DNA from: Hydrolagus colliei
Lineage: Eukaryota
Direction: 5' to 3'
Assembly: GCA_035084275.1 (NCBI GenBank)
Contig: CM068748.1
Span: forward strand, 10,974,001 to 11,038,000
Length of the DNA: 64,000 nucleotides
Position numbers and translations under genes: made by a program. Position 1 is the stretch's first letter, and each line of letters starts with the position of its first letter. Below are positions 1 through 13,093 of the stretch, piece after piece. A model generated the notes under the pieces. That model ran no database searches. It saw nothing but the letters and a program-made list of their open reading frames with translations, and had not been told where the DNA came from.

Positions 1-1482
1 CACTTTCTGCCTATCTGATCTCAACCCTCCATTTTGTAGGGCAGGCAGTGGGCGGGAGGCCTGCAAAAGTTGTTACTGTGTAAGGAGGAAGAGCTAGAAG
101 AAGCCATTTAAATATGGTGACAACAAACACACTGCAGCAACTCAGAAAATGCTATAATGATGTCAACAAAAGCAGCAGGGCTAAATCCGCTCTCACTGCG
201 AGAAGAGCCACTGGTGAAGAACCATTTGGTGAACTAACACAAGCTGTTCATCCCCTCTACCCTAATGTTTAAGCCTATGGAGACTGAAGGAGTATTTGAC
301 ATTGATTTGTTACGGAGAATTGCTGCTCTTTTAATTAAGGTCTATGCACTGCTGCTGCTGATAATGCAAGTTCCACTCATCACTCACCAGCACAAACCAC
401 TAATGTCACTCTTGACAGGTGTAGTGATTCATTATAGCAAACAAACTGTTGGTTAAATTCACCAACAAATTCATTGTCTTCTGGGATTCTTTTCCCAATG
501 TCACTGCTTCAAATTGAACCCAGCAATTTACGCTAAGTACTTATTTCTAGCTTAGTGAGGCAATAGCACTGCTTATTTTTTTCTTCTCAAAGCACAAAAT
601 AATGTGTACATCTCCAGCAATAATCATCTATATCCCACTGTAATCTATTGAATGCAGCACATGAAATATAAATACTTATTTAGCACTGGATTAATAAATG
701 GTTCAATCTATTAATTCAAGGTTCCCCCACCCCATTACAATAGTCAAATTCTTTTAAATGACCAGCCTTATATGTCCGTATTTATGTTAAGTGGATGTCA
801 GTAATCACATGAAAATAGAAAACTATTTTCTATGCAAAATAAATAATTTTTACTCAATGGTATCAGATCAACTTTTTGTTCCTATTAAAACAATATTGTT
901 CTTCTCACATTACATATTCACATTGATATGGTCACTTCTTACACGATTGATTGCAATAAACTTACCGAATTCTATCAAGTTAAAAATAATAACTTGAAAA
1001 ATATCCAGACAAACCTCATCACATTTAAAACTCACTGGTATTCATAAATAATGCAATGAAATTCTTACCAGTATTGGGAAGTGTCGAGAGAGTAGTATGT
1101 TGTGCATAACCAAAGAATAATGTTCATGTACTTGAATAATTCCATCATTAATCATCTGTAATCTCCACATCTCTACTAAAAAAGTTTAGCTTATTACTGA
1201 AGTTGGTATTGTGTAGGAAGGAGAAATTATATTTCCATCAATCCATAAAGATTTGTTATTGCTATTCTTTTAACATGAAAATCAAACTGTTAAATTTAAT
1301 TACCCAATCTACTTCTATTGATTTAACAATAACTAATGTAAAAACAGACTGTTGATGGCACCATTAGAACAACTGGCTTTGGGGAAGCACTGTAAGATGG
1401 ACAGCTATAATATACAGGTATAAGTAGGCAAAGAATAAAGCCTGGTATTATAATGATCAATATTTTCAAAATACGAGAGCTC

Positions 1483-1662
1483 TCCCCTACTCAATGAGTC
1501 AATGGCACTGCTATGTGCAATCCTACACCAGGGAAATCTCAGGTTCGTCAAAAATTAACTGATCAACCAGGTACAGTGGTAGGGGCACATTCAATTTTAA
1601 CCAGGCTGTGATCAGTAAACTTCAGATCCTGTTCCTCATTACTTTCCAGTAGAATCTGTTAA
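1483..1662 (+). mobile_element. Degenerate LF-SINE-like element
   Basis: Remnant tRNA-like head (ctcaatgagtc...ctcaggttcg) followed by 'ttaactgatc..cagtggtaggggcac' and 'tcctgttcctcattactttccagt', resembling the recalled LF-SINE consensus. Confidence 0.45.
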
Positions 1663-3063
1663 GCATTTCTAGATGACAGGTAAGGATAGAATCAGCTTCC
1701 CCAAAATTAGACAGGCCTGCCAGGATTCACTGTTGAAGCCTATATATAACAAACGGACAATTAGGTGATGCACAAATGTGTTCTGCACTAGAGGCCTGTC
1801 ACTATGCACAGCCCAGGAATAATCACCACCCATTAAGGTGATGTGTAATAATTGAGGTAAACCAGCTTGATTTAGACCACAGGAGACTGTCTGACAGGGC
1901 TCAGACACATGAAATCCCTTGTCAGTCAACAAATAGAACCTTTGCAATTTGCAAATAAATTATTTCATTTGCATTGTATTATTTGAAACACAGAGTAATA
2001 ATAACACATTTTCTTGCCATATGCATTGGTTACTCCAACAGCCTGTGGTTCTGGTCTGTTGCAGTGTTCTTGGATTTCAGTTGAGAGAAATCAATAGCAC
2101 ATATTTGCATCCCAATTTTCCAGGTCCCTAACAATAACTGCAGTACCTTATTTTAGTGAAATATTAAGAACACAACAATGGTCCAACTTACCATCACACT
2201 TGGTGTAGTGATTTGTTTATAGAGAAACCCCAGTGTAAAAGGTATGATCAACACTAAACTTTTCATGTTTTAAAAACTAGAATGAGAATCAGATATTTGA
2301 GGGCAAGACTGCTTCATGTTGGTATCCTAGGTAATGTGGTTATATTGCTCAAATTACATACTGTATTCAACTAAAGGTTCATATCTAGTATAAATAAGGA
2401 TGGATGCCCATCTAAAACAAAGATTTAAAGGCATTAACATTTTAGTATCAAATAACCTAATTACAAATTATGTTGGTGCAAACTAAGAATGTATAAGCAG
2501 TTATGTTTGGATTTTGTTTTTTTATTTGCACTCCGTTTAAATATTCATTCAGCTGGGAACTTAACTTTTAAAAAATATTTGTATAGTGCAGTGAAGGTTC
2601 CTCATATTATTTATCTATAAATGGTTGCATCATCATATTAAATAAAAATATGAGGAAAAAGGCTAAATATTTTCAAACTAAAAGTTAGGTCTAGAGGTAA
2701 GAAAGGAGCAAAGGGGCAAAGGGGCAAACAATATTATTTTAAGAATAAATGAAGACTGTAATTTTAAAAAATCATGAGTTATAAATTTTAAAGTAGCCTA
2801 GAGTGTATTTAAATTGTTTGCAACTTCCTTTCTTGTATTCATTCTTCAAGCGTACACGTTGTTTGAATAAAAACCAAAGATATTCAATTGAGTGAAGTAA
2901 TTTCATTGGATTCTACTCATTTGATAATTTCAGGATGTGGCATTAAACTTATCATTTTTTCCCTCCTATTTTACATTATACACTTCTGTGTTGATGCTGT
3001 GTAAAAAATATTCCATTGAAGAAGTTAGCAAAAATGATGAATAGCTAACATGAACTACATACC

Positions 3064-3121
3064 CTGTCTAGAAGATGTGAAAAGCGCTATATCAAATGCA
3101 AGGATGATTATTATTATTATT
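3064..3121 (+). mobile_element. 3' tail-only fragment of the abundant tRNA-SINE family
   Basis: gtctagaagatgtgaaaagcgctatatcaaatgcaaggat followed by an (ATT)n tail; matches the tails of full copies. Confidence 0.8.
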
Positions 3122-3150
3122 TGAAATGTCAGGTAATAAAAGTCATGAAT

Positions 3151-3470
3151 GGAGATCCTGTAGCTCAGTGGTTAGAGCACTCGCTTTACAAGGGTGAGAC
3201 CTGTGTTCGAATCCAGGCAGATCAGGGCGAAACCTTGGGCAAGTTTCCTTACGCCACATACCTAATAATAATCCCTCGAAAAAAACCACAATAACAAAAT
3301 AAAATTGGTCATTTCAATCCATGACTGTTTGTGGAACACTAATGTGCGCAATTGGCTGCTGCATTTCACCCACAAATATACACAGTATATTCTGTGAAGC
3401 TCTATGCAACATCGATAAGATGTGAAAAGCGCTATATCAAAATGGAAGGATCAAAATGCAAGGATTATTA
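3151..3470 (+). mobile_element. Full-length tRNA-derived SINE (truncated CORE-like segment, Deu-like segment, L2-type tail)
   Basis: A box (tagctcagtgg), B box (gttcgaatcc), ttgggcaagtttcctta, Deu-like 'tgtttgtggaacactaatgtgcgcaattggctgc' and an (ATT)n tail; ATGAATGG target-site duplication at 3145 and 3470. Confidence 0.9.
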
Positions 3471-4704
3471 TGAATGGGTAAAAATCACTTTTAACCATAT
3501 AGTTTTCTTATAGAGTGCTTCAGAATATTACTCAGGTGATTTGTTTATATTAATAGAAATAAATTAATAGATTAATTATTAGGTTAATTAATATTAATAG
3601 AAATTAATTAAACAATTTACAAAACTACGAATTGGGCTATATCAACCTTTGAACAAATCGATTACAAACTCAAATGTAAATAAAATATTAGCAAAAGCAA
3701 TTATTTTTCAATAAGTTTTTTTAATTGATAATTTTTAAAAACAACTGAGTGCCCAGGGGTAGCATAGTTGAGTTCTTTGAGATATTCTCCCAACGTGGAA
3801 AGTACTATATGCCTATCAATTCTATTGTAAGAGTACCTTACATTAAGTAAGCAGTCTGTACACACTCAAAATGGTTGGTGTCCCATTGGTATACAGTACT
3901 TTAGATTCATAAAAACTCGCATTAGTATTCAAATATGGATGTTTGCTAAAATACCACTCAAATATATATGCCATAATTCTTCCAAGGGACAAGAAACATT
4001 GAAGTTGATACATCTCTTACAAATTTAGTGCTTAACCTTGGAACAAGATCCCTCGCTTTATTCTCCCCCTATTTACAGAGATTGAAGCCAAGCATCACAC
4101 TTGGCTAACTCACACACAACTTTTTCCTCCAGTTCATAAATCTTATTTTGTTGAATGAAGGAAACACTTCCCAAAAAGGCTGTGAAGCTGAAAAGGGAAA
4201 GATTATTTACAACTTCAGAGCATTCAACATGCACTTACAAATCAATAGAAAGCCTTTTCTCAGTAAAAACTGAGTAAGGAAAGGTATTAAAGTCTGGATT
4301 TCTAACAAGAACACATTTTATATCAGCTAGGAGAGGATTATCCAAATACCTGCATATGATTTCTTTAGATACTTTCAGTCTGAACATATTAAATGGCAAA
4401 TCTTAATTTCAGGATTGTCTCAGGAACCTAGAGAAGACTTAAGATTTTTAAAAATAAATGTAGAATTGTGTTGAATTGGTTTTAGGATTTGGATTGTATG
4501 CGGGGGGTGGGGTATGACATGCAGTGTGCAGCCATTCAAATATAATTGTTCATATCCTGAGTATTCAATCTACTTCTGTTTATGTTGAAAGACTGAAATG
4601 ATTGTAGAGTTCGCATTGATATCACAGTTAACACACCAAATTGCATACAACAGAATATACTGCAATTTGGCTGAATGCATTGAGATGTTGCTCCCATCCT
4701 AATG

Positions 4705-4895
4705 TAATAACAATCCTTGCATTTGAGATAGAGCCTTATCATGTCTGAGAGTTTCAAAATGCTTCACAGAATATGCTGTAAATTTAATTGACTATATTTT
4801 GTGGGCAAAATGTGGCAGCTAATTGTGCACCTAAATGTTCCACAAATAGTCATGGATTGAAGTGACCAATTACATTTGGGGGGGGAAAATAATTA
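4705..4895 (-). mobile_element. 5'-truncated tRNA-SINE copy
   Basis: Reverse complement of the tail (aatccttgcatttga) and Deu-like segment (cacaaatagtcatggattgaagtgacc). Confidence 0.8.
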
Positions 4896-5274
4896 TTGCA
4901 GGGGTTAGATAGTGAAGGGGTTAGATACTAGGTACGCATGGAATTAAATAAATTGTTACTTTTTCTTTTCACTTTCCTTCACAGATCATCCTAGACCATC
5001 TGTAGTAAGAGCAGGCAGCACCTATATGACATACTGCGTGCGTCTGGCAACACATCTACAACCAACAGCAACCTCCGGCCTCTTGCTCAATACACTTCTC
5101 ACATTAAACTGCATGAACAATACTTTGCGAGTTCCCTTGGATGCTCCCCAAAACAAAAACAGTGTCGGCTGTTGAGGTTGACAATTGTGATTCATCCAAT
5201 CGAGTTTATTTTCCATACAAGAGGATTTAAATATTCGGAATGTTAATTCACAGTATTCTGCACACACTGGTCGC

Positions 5275-5506
5275 TAAAATGATCAAATTGTAGAATATCG
5301 CACCCTAGGTTTTCAGTGATGCTCTGTGCATCGAATAAACACTGGATGAAGTTTAACAGAAGCAGATGAAAACAGAATTGATAAATTGAAGTACAAGTGC
5401 AACAATCACTACCCACAAACGTTACATGCCTCAAGAGACTATAGGTCAGCTAACAACTGGATGTTGAATGCCTGGAATAAAGCAAACAAACAAATTCAAA
5501 TGTAGT
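5275..5506 (+). mobile_element. Degenerate RTE-clade LINE fragment (end of ORF2)
   Basis: Frameshifted translation YRTL-(V)FSVMLCAS..W-SLTEADENRIDKLKYKC resembles the RTE C-terminal motif YRTLV.SVLLYASETW.LT.ADENRI.AFE.KC. Confidence 0.5.
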
Positions 5507-5983
5507 AAATTTCCCATACATTTAAACTGCAATTAAATGATCTCTCTGAATATTGGAAATATAACAAGGTGTTTTTTTCGCCTCTCATATCAGCAATTGA
5601 TTTGCAACAGTAACTGAAGCAATATCCATCAAAATTTCACAAATCCCAGGAAATTGAGGATTTGAACACAAGGCTGATCAGAAGCTTGAAAATAAACAAG
5701 CATCATGAGAAGGGATCGCTGCTGGATTCCCACTGTTCAACCAAATGTAAAACTCCAATTATCTAACCTGAACACCAAGCAGAACCTACACTTCAGTCTC
5801 ACCTAGTAATCACAAGAAGCCTTTCCTAACACATACACTCAATCTTCTCCTCACGTACACGCACGGCAAAGAAAAGCTCCAAGTTCCACACTTCAATTAA
5901 ACTCAGATGGTGTAACTGGGTAAGGCATCTTAAATTGGTTGTTAAATCAGAAATCATAAAGGCTGTGAGAGGTAAAATCAATT

Positions 5984-6170
5984 GGGAAACGCGGCAGCCG
6001 ATTGCACACAGCAGAATCCCAGAAACAGTCATGGATTGAAGTGACCAAAGGATTATTTTTTTCTTGAGGGAATATTATCAGGTGCGTGAAGTAAGGAAAC
6101 TTGCCCAAGGCTTCGCCCTGCCGGGAATCAAACTCAAGTATCTCGCTTGCCACTGAGCTTTAGGACTTCA
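5984..6170 (-). mobile_element. tRNA-SINE copy lacking the 3' tail
   Basis: Reverse complement of the head (ccactgagct..ggact), gtaaggaaacttgcccaagg and the Deu-like segment. Confidence 0.8.
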
Positions 6171-6184
6171 CTGCTTGCGCTAAA

Positions 6185-6238
6185 CTGGTAGAGCAAATTT
6201 GAAGGGCTCAATAGCCTTCTCCTATGCTTGATCATCTG
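6185..6238 (+). mobile_element. Short CR1-like 3' end fragment
   Basis: gagcaaatttgaagggctcaatagccttctcct resembles the CR1 3' UTR stem-loop (gggctgaatggcct). Confidence 0.35.
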
Positions 6239-7097
6239 GAATGTGTTACTTTTCTATTCCTTTTGGGTTGTTAACTCTGTCAGTAAAATGTTTCAATGAT
6301 GAGCTATTCAAGAAAGTCACGGCCTTTGGAAAGACTTGGCTGAAAATTTAGTACAATATCTTCTGGGCTGGTGGATTAGCGCCCAATCATATGAGCTATT
6401 TAGAAGACATTCAAAATTAACTTGGGGGTAAGGTGAAGTATTTCCTTAACTTGTTTAATAGAAGTTAAAATGATTTTGCTATATATCAATTCATTATGCA
6501 GTGAGGAATGAAACTGAAATGAATCACTTGTGATATACCAGTGAAATGGACAGATATTACTGAAATTCCATGTCTGTGCATTCCTTCATGTCTAAATCAT
6601 GACTGGAATATCTCAGCAATTCAAATAAATATTACAATGTATATCTGTGTATCACATTGTCTCATGTGTAATATATCTGTGTAATAAACTAGCTGTAATA
6701 TCTCAACTAAATCATGTGTTTATCAACCGAGTCGGTAACATTGCAACATTGCACTCAGAGATGCTGAAAAGCAACTTTACTTCAGTGGTTGGCAAACAGC
6801 ATCAGGGACAGTTGGATTAGAATCTGAAATGCTGCAGAATATAGATTGATTCTTGAGAAGTTTTAGAAGGATGAAAAAGTGTATTGATGATGGAGCCCAG
6901 AAATCCAAAGAAATCAGAATTGCTAGAAACAAAAAAAAAAGACTGAGAGCTCCAGAAAAGCAGACCACAGCCTGAACTTCTACACATCAATCATGGTTTG
7001 ATGTTCTGAAATGGATCGACATGAATATTGAAAGTGAAATTAAGGAAACAATCTACATAGCTCATAGAGAGAAGGGAGAAACCAGTCATTGAGTGGA

Positions 7098-7403
7098 ATA
7101 TACTTGTAGCTCAGTGGTTACAGCATTCGCCTCACAAGCAAGAGACCTGGGTTCAATTCCCAGCAGGGCAAAAGCTTGGGCAAGTTTTTTACTCCACAAG
7201 CCTGATAATGATCCCTCAAGAAAAAAACAATAACAAATTGGTCATTTCAACCCATGATTGATTGGGGGATGCTGGGTGCAATTGACTGCTGTGTTTTGCC
7301 CACAAATGTACAGTTAATTCACTTTACAGTATATTCTGTGAAGTGCTTTGAGACATCTAGAAGACATGAAAAGCATTATATCAAATGCAAGGATTATTAT
7401 CAT
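7098..7403 (+). mobile_element. Full-length tRNA-SINE copy
   Basis: tgtagctcagtggtt, gggttcaattccc, ttgggcaag, Deu-like segment and the tail aaatgcaaggattattatc. Confidence 0.9.
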
Positions 7404-8018
7404 AATATCCATCATTCAACCTACATAATGTGAGCAAAGAGCCTTGAACATTAGCATTCCAAAAATTCTAGATGGATTCAAGGGGTTGAAAACCAATAAA
7501 TTTCCCCATGAAAGATTAAACATAGCCCAACAACAATTACACATTACGTTTGTATAGGCACCTTTCACGTTGAGAGTACTTTCCATGTCACTGATTTGGA
7601 CCATTTAACTTGATGCTCTACAGATTCCATCACACTCAGCATTCTACAGATTTTTACCTTGCTCAATATTGTACAGATTTTAGCTGGATTCTTCAAATTG
7701 CTGGTTTGGCTAGATTTTATATTTTATTGTTTGTTGTCTAACTTCAGTTTTTGCACTGTTCTTGCCCAGCACAGCATCATTACCAGGAGGGATCTAGAAA
7801 GAATTAGTTCTTTGAACTTACGAGACCTAAAAATGATTATGGGGATGTGTATTTCAGACGAACAATCCACATTTGAGAACATTTCTTCCCTCCATTAAAC
7901 TTTATTTTTCTCATAGGCATAGGCAGTACATGAGCTACAGGTTGAAAGATAATGGAGATTTTATAAATCTGGGAACAGACTTTTTTGTACATTTTCTTTA
8001 CATATGTTTTATATTAAT

Positions 8019-8217
8019 TAATCCCTCCAAAAAAAAACAATAACAAAATTGGTTAATTCAATCCACGATTGTTTGTGGGACACTGCTGTGTGCAATTGGC
8101 TGCTGTATTTTACCCACAACTATACAGTCAATTCACTTTAAAGTATATTTTGTGAAGCGCTTTGAGACGTCTGGAAGATGTGAAAAGCGCTATATCAAAT
8201 GCAAGGATTATTATTAT
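8019..8217 (+). mobile_element. 5'-truncated tRNA-SINE copy
   Basis: Near-consensus Deu-like segment, tail stem-loop agcgctttgagacgtctggaagatgtgaaaagcgct and (ATT)n. Confidence 0.88.
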
Positions 8218-8744
8218 ATATTTTCAAAAATGTTGCATTATCTGAGGCCTGAAGCTTTTTAGATTACACATTTATTTTATTTCTCTTTTGTTTGTAAATA
8301 TTTGTGGGGAGGAGGGGAGAATCATTTGTACTTTGCCAGATTGTGTAAATCTCACTCATTTTCTAATATGCACTGTGCCTGCCTTTCATTATAGTTTCAG
8401 ATTTATTTCATTGTGTCTTTAATTGCATTCTCTAAAGATAAATCCAGTAAGCATTCTATAATTATTTTGGGGACAGTAATCCTAAATAAGCTTTTAATCA
8501 TAACTTCTCAAATTTTAATATTCTTCGTTTAACTGGCGAGTGGCAGCAGGTTTAACATAATTGTGACATGCTGGAGTTTGTGCCCATGTCTACTTTACAT
8601 TCCAATATGTGAGAGCATTCCAAATACAAAGCACAATAGTAATGGTCTTGCATTTAATATTGCACCTAAAACATTAAGCCCTTTAACACGTAATTGCTGT
8701 GAATTGTTGTGATTGTGCATAATGCATTTTGGGTTTGTGTTGCA

Positions 8745-8953
8745 AGGTTTAGCATCTCTGGAGTATTGACCCTCAATCCGTCCGCCTTGCCCCCTCTCTC
8801 CACCGTTTCAAATTCCTATTGAAAACCATCCTTTTTGACCAGGCTTACGGTCACCTCTTCCCCTCTTCTCGGAGTCAGGCTCCATCACTGTTAAGTGCTC
8901 TCAGATGCTACCCTGCCTGGAGGTAGCTATATAAGTGCAAGTTGTTGTTGTCG
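8745..8953 (+). mobile_element. L2 LINE 3' end (subfamily with gatgctaccctgc tail)
   Basis: Remnant of the W..LP..R....L..FK..LKT.LF..A motif, a pyrimidine-rich UTR and the tail gctatataagtgcaagttgttgttg. Confidence 0.7.
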
Positions 8954-9328
8954 TATCATCAAATAAAATTCATCATTTAAAACAGAAGAATTAAGATGCG
9001 CCCGTGCCCGTTTTTGATTTAATAAGTATAACGGTACCTCAAGCAATATCTTATTTTGTAATGTTTGTCCTAAAATAAAACCATTTACCAGTATTGTCTG
9101 TTTGGAAAACAAAAGTAATTGCTTTAATAATTTTAAATCTTTACCTAAACTGGACTTCTGTTAGGACAAGTATTTTTATACTTCTGAGGCACTGAAACAT
9201 GACCTTTCTATGCTCCAGTTCACCTCACAGCATCCTTGACGTGAGCAATAAGCAGCAGGATTCTGAGAGTTTCAAATCTCTATTTTCCAACGGTGAGAAA
9301 TTCTACATTTTCTATACTGGGCATGTCT

Positions 9329-9633
9329 TAATAATAATGCTGCCATCTGATAAAGTGCTGTTCTTCTGGACGTCTCAAAGCGCTTCACAGAAAATACTGT
9401 AAAGTAAATTGACTGTATATTTGTGGTTGAAACTCACCAACCAATTGCGCACAGTAGGGTCCCACAAACAGTCATGGATTGAAATGACCAATTTATGATT
9501 TTTTTTTTGGAGGGATTATTATTAGATGTGTGGAGTAAGGAAACTTGTCTCCTTCTGTTTCACCCTGATTAGAATTGAACGCAGGTCTCTCGCTTGTACG
9601 ATGAGTGCTCTAACCACTGAGCTACAGGACTCA
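9329..9633 (-). mobile_element. Full-length tRNA-SINE copy
   Basis: Reverse complement running from the tail (ataataat) to the head (gctctaaccactgagctacaggactc). Confidence 0.88.
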
Positions 9634-11639
9634 TTGAGTGGCATTCCCACTGTCAATATTCATAATGGGTTTGGGCAATGTCATGCTCAGAATAAATATT
9701 TTGTGTTTGAGCAACAGAAGGAGACAAGCAATCCAACAGATTAGGTTGGATTCAAATCTAGGTCCCAGATGTGGAAGACAATGGGCTAACCTCTGCTACT
9801 AAACATAAGACAAGAGAATTAATGAAAATCAAACAATTCAAAATATAACAATTGCAATGAACTACTGTACTGCATGTGTTTTAAGAAGTTCATTGTTTAT
9901 TCCAAAAGCAACTGCTTATGACACAATGAAGGAAACAAGTTGGAGAAAAGCTAGTGCAACTAATAAAATTTGGAAAGAGGCAATCAATGCTTCAGTGATC
10001 ATGTTATTGGAACCATTTATTAACAATTCAACTTGCAAAGCTGCAATTACAACAGTGTAACATAGCAGCGAGAACATACCCCATGTTCCTTAAGTCAATC
10101 TGGAAGGAAAACAGCAATGTGGTAAAGATATTTTTCATCAAACACCTACTGATTCCCTTGAGGCCTTCAGCCTGTGCCTAAACCTAGCCAATGGTATAGA
10201 AGATGAATGCTGCTGTTCTTGTGAATACCCTTAACTGGCATGACCAATGTTAAATTCCTGGCAGCCTGACATTATAAATCTTCGTATAACTTGGCGTACA
10301 GGTCAAAGAGAGTTTGTTTGTTCAGTTTAAAATACTGGAAGCAATACAGCAATAAGCAATAGCTTATTCAAATCTTGGAGCAACATATTGTGCTTTGTAG
10401 TTGTCTTCTATACCTTACAAAAAAAGAAATTCCTACAGCCACCTTAAAGCAAATCTTGCAAAACTCTAGGATCCGTGTATTTCATGTTCCTACAAAATCA
10501 GCAACATAATAAAAAAGATGGTTGTATTAAAATGTCATAATGACAACTTTGTGTTTTTTATCTAACCTTTAAAATACCAACTTTGATGCAAAAGGGGTAA
10601 ATACCTGCAACTATATTGCTACCTTATTCTAATACAAAATCTGTGCAGTAAACCGAATAATTAATTTGTACTTATAAACAACACAAAGTAGCACAGCAAA
10701 TTTGCACAAATTATACAATAATGGCTAAAGTTTTATATTTGAGTGTCTTCTAATGGGTATGGGCTTTAATTTATACAATATTTGTGCCACGCCCCACTGG
10801 GACACAGCTTCAACATCATTTATGATCAAGTTTAGACACATTATGGATTTGAAGGACTAACTGACCTCACACAATCTTATGAGCTACCATTTTTTCACAT
10901 AGACTTGTGCAAAAAAACATATTATGGTCAACCAGAGAGCAATGTCACAAGTACAATAGCTGGATGCGGACTCATTACCAAATGGCGAATCTTAAGAGAA
11001 GTTACAAGAAGACAGCTCTAAGCTGAAGGTACATCTATTTGTGTATTACAATTTAATTGATTTCTTTTTACCTAATGGTCATCAATACATGTTTGAAGAA
11101 TTTATTGCCTCTGATGCCTATGGAGAGATATGTAGATACAGTATTGCAGTTTAAAAAAAAATGCATTTTTACAGTTCAATGCTGAGTATTTGTCCTTCAT
11201 TTATTAACACCATGCCACATTATCATTTTAAGGCTGCAAAGTGTTTACATGCAAATAAAGTAAACTAAATAAATTAGTTTATATTGCTTTAAAAAATGTT
11301 TCAAAATAAATAAATGCCAAGTTATTCTGCATTTTCTTTTTAATATTCAATTTACAGAAAGTCTGGGCAAATATGAATGGAATAGCCCCAGATAATGCAC
11401 TACCATGAAGAGTGGTGGTAAAAATGAAACATCAGCCCAACAGTAGCAATAAGGAGAAGGAAGATGACAGAATGCATGTGGTGATATACAGAACACTTCA
11501 GATGTGTTCTCTATACTATTACATGTATTCTGTCACTTTCTGGCAGTTGAAGCAAGGTTCAACAAAAAGCACCTACAAAGGCCAGAGCCTCTTCATCCTC
11601 ATGCACATGAAAGAGTTGTATTAAGAAGACACGTTTGCG

Positions 11640-11745
11640 GAGCTGTGGGGAGAGAGCGAGGGAGTGGTCTCTTTTCAAAGAGCCGGCACAGACACGATGG
11701 GCTGAATGATCTCCTTCTGTGCTGTATAATTCTACGATTCTATGA
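11640..11745 (+). mobile_element. CR1 LINE 3' end
   Basis: tcaaagagccggcacagacacgatgggctgaatgatctccttctgtgctgtataattctacgattctatga: CR1 3' stem-loop and ATTCTATG-type terminal repeat. Confidence 0.85.
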
Positions 11746-11929
11746 GGTGAGGAGTCATATACCACTGAGGACATCTTGCAGAAACTGGGATGGTAATGGG
11801 GAAAAAATAGTTTTGCCATTTATCACACTAGTTTTCCCATATTTTGTACACAGTATAACCTTACTGAATATCCAGACAGAAGGTCCTGTGAATCACTGTT
11901 AGTGCACTTGCTTACAAAACATACTAGTC

Positions 11930-12138
11930 TCACCAAGGTTAATGTACATCACTAGATTACAACCAGGAAAATAAGTATCTATTAATATTTCCCTTACCTA
12001 ACCTTGCTTTGCTCAGGTTAAATGCAGTGTCTCAATTCTTGTTATGGGTGAGATCAGCATAGACCACAAATCAAACCCGTATCTTTCTGATCTTAATGCT
12101 GCACCACTGTGTGTTTCCACTCACTGGGCCAACGGGTG
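11930..12138 (-). mobile_element. Degenerate LF-SINE-like element
   Basis: gagatcagc..agaccac..atcaaaccc..ctttctgatct..cactcactgggccaacggg matches the reverse complement of the recalled LF-SINE head. Confidence 0.45.
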
Positions 12139-12596
12139 AAGTGAGATTATTGGTTATCTTCTCCCTGACCATTCATTATACAGCAATCAGAATGTAGTAT
12201 TCTCTCAAGTCAATGACAAATGCCTATGGTTAGCTCAGAGCTTTGTAAAAATTTCACAGCGGAAGTGGCCCTGGTATTGATATACCATCTTAGATTCACT
12301 AGGCCACCAGATTTAAAATTCAAATAAAATGAAAGAATGTGTAACAGCATTTTGCAACAAGCGAAAACTGACCTTTTGCATGAATTGGATATGGATTTCT
12401 TGAGCAACATTCTTGAAATTAAAAAATGCAGAAACAAAATGACACAGTCAGTAGTTCTGATGAAACAAAAATTCAGCTTACTGTAATTTAATGGTTTAAA
12501 TCTGTATTTTAAGCAATTGAACCATTGTAATTCAGTATACTATTGAAAGCTGAAATATATACATTTAAAATGTGTACTGATCACTAGGGATAAGGT

Positions 12597-13004
12597 TAAT
12601 AAATGTTCTCTATAACCTGACCTGACGGGTGCCGGTTAATTGAATATGCTGGATATTTGAGCGGCAAGTTACCAAAAATCCTACGCAAAAAATTAAGTTA
12701 TTTAAAAACATACCATATTAATAATAGACTAAATAATAACAGAATATTGTATGGATACTTACCAATAAAGTATTTCAGCACACTCGGTAAAATGATCGGT
12801 AAAATAACATTTCCAGCATTCGTTAAGTTTAATAAGTGCGCATGCTCACGCATTGCACGCATGCGCAAAGTGAGCATACTCGCGAGTGTCCTGGATGGCT
12901 CTGGTATGAGATCCACTTGCTCAAATGGTGAATTGTATTGGGAGATACTGGTTGGGAGTTGAGCGTTCCGGTTGGTTGGGTGCCGGATAGATGAGCTTTA
13001 ACTG
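12597..13004 (-). mobile_element. Pogo/Tigger-like non-autonomous DNA transposon, related to the 28.2 and 30.7 kb MITEs
   Basis: The right end ggttggttgggtgccggatagatgagctttaactg followed by TA matches the reverse complement of the MITE left end; the left end is degenerate (gtgccggttaa..tgctggatattt). Confidence 0.6.
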
Positions 13005-13009
13005 TACAC

Positions 13010-13093
13010 GTTTTAAGGTATATCCTGTGAAGTGCTTTGAGATGTCTCAACAATGTGACAAAGTGCATGGATGATTCAAATGCATGGATGATT
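13010..13093 (+). mobile_element. SINE 3' tail fragment
   Basis: ctgtgaagtgctttgagatgtctc...aaatgcatggatgatt, with the terminal motif duplicated. Confidence 0.6.

Noticed and set aside
4985-5175. Strong polypyrimidine acceptor followed by about 60 open codons
   Set aside because: There is no recognisable product or partner exon; a non-coding exon cannot be excluded.
10095-10233. Short Cys-rich reading (ECCCSCEYP)
   Set aside because: It is bounded by stops, has no splice support and is too short to assign.
11504-11902. 132-aa plus-strand ORF and an overlapping minus-strand ORF with a vaguely B-box-like stretch
   Set aside because: The core is a CR1 3' UTR (11640-11745) and there is no coherent homology.
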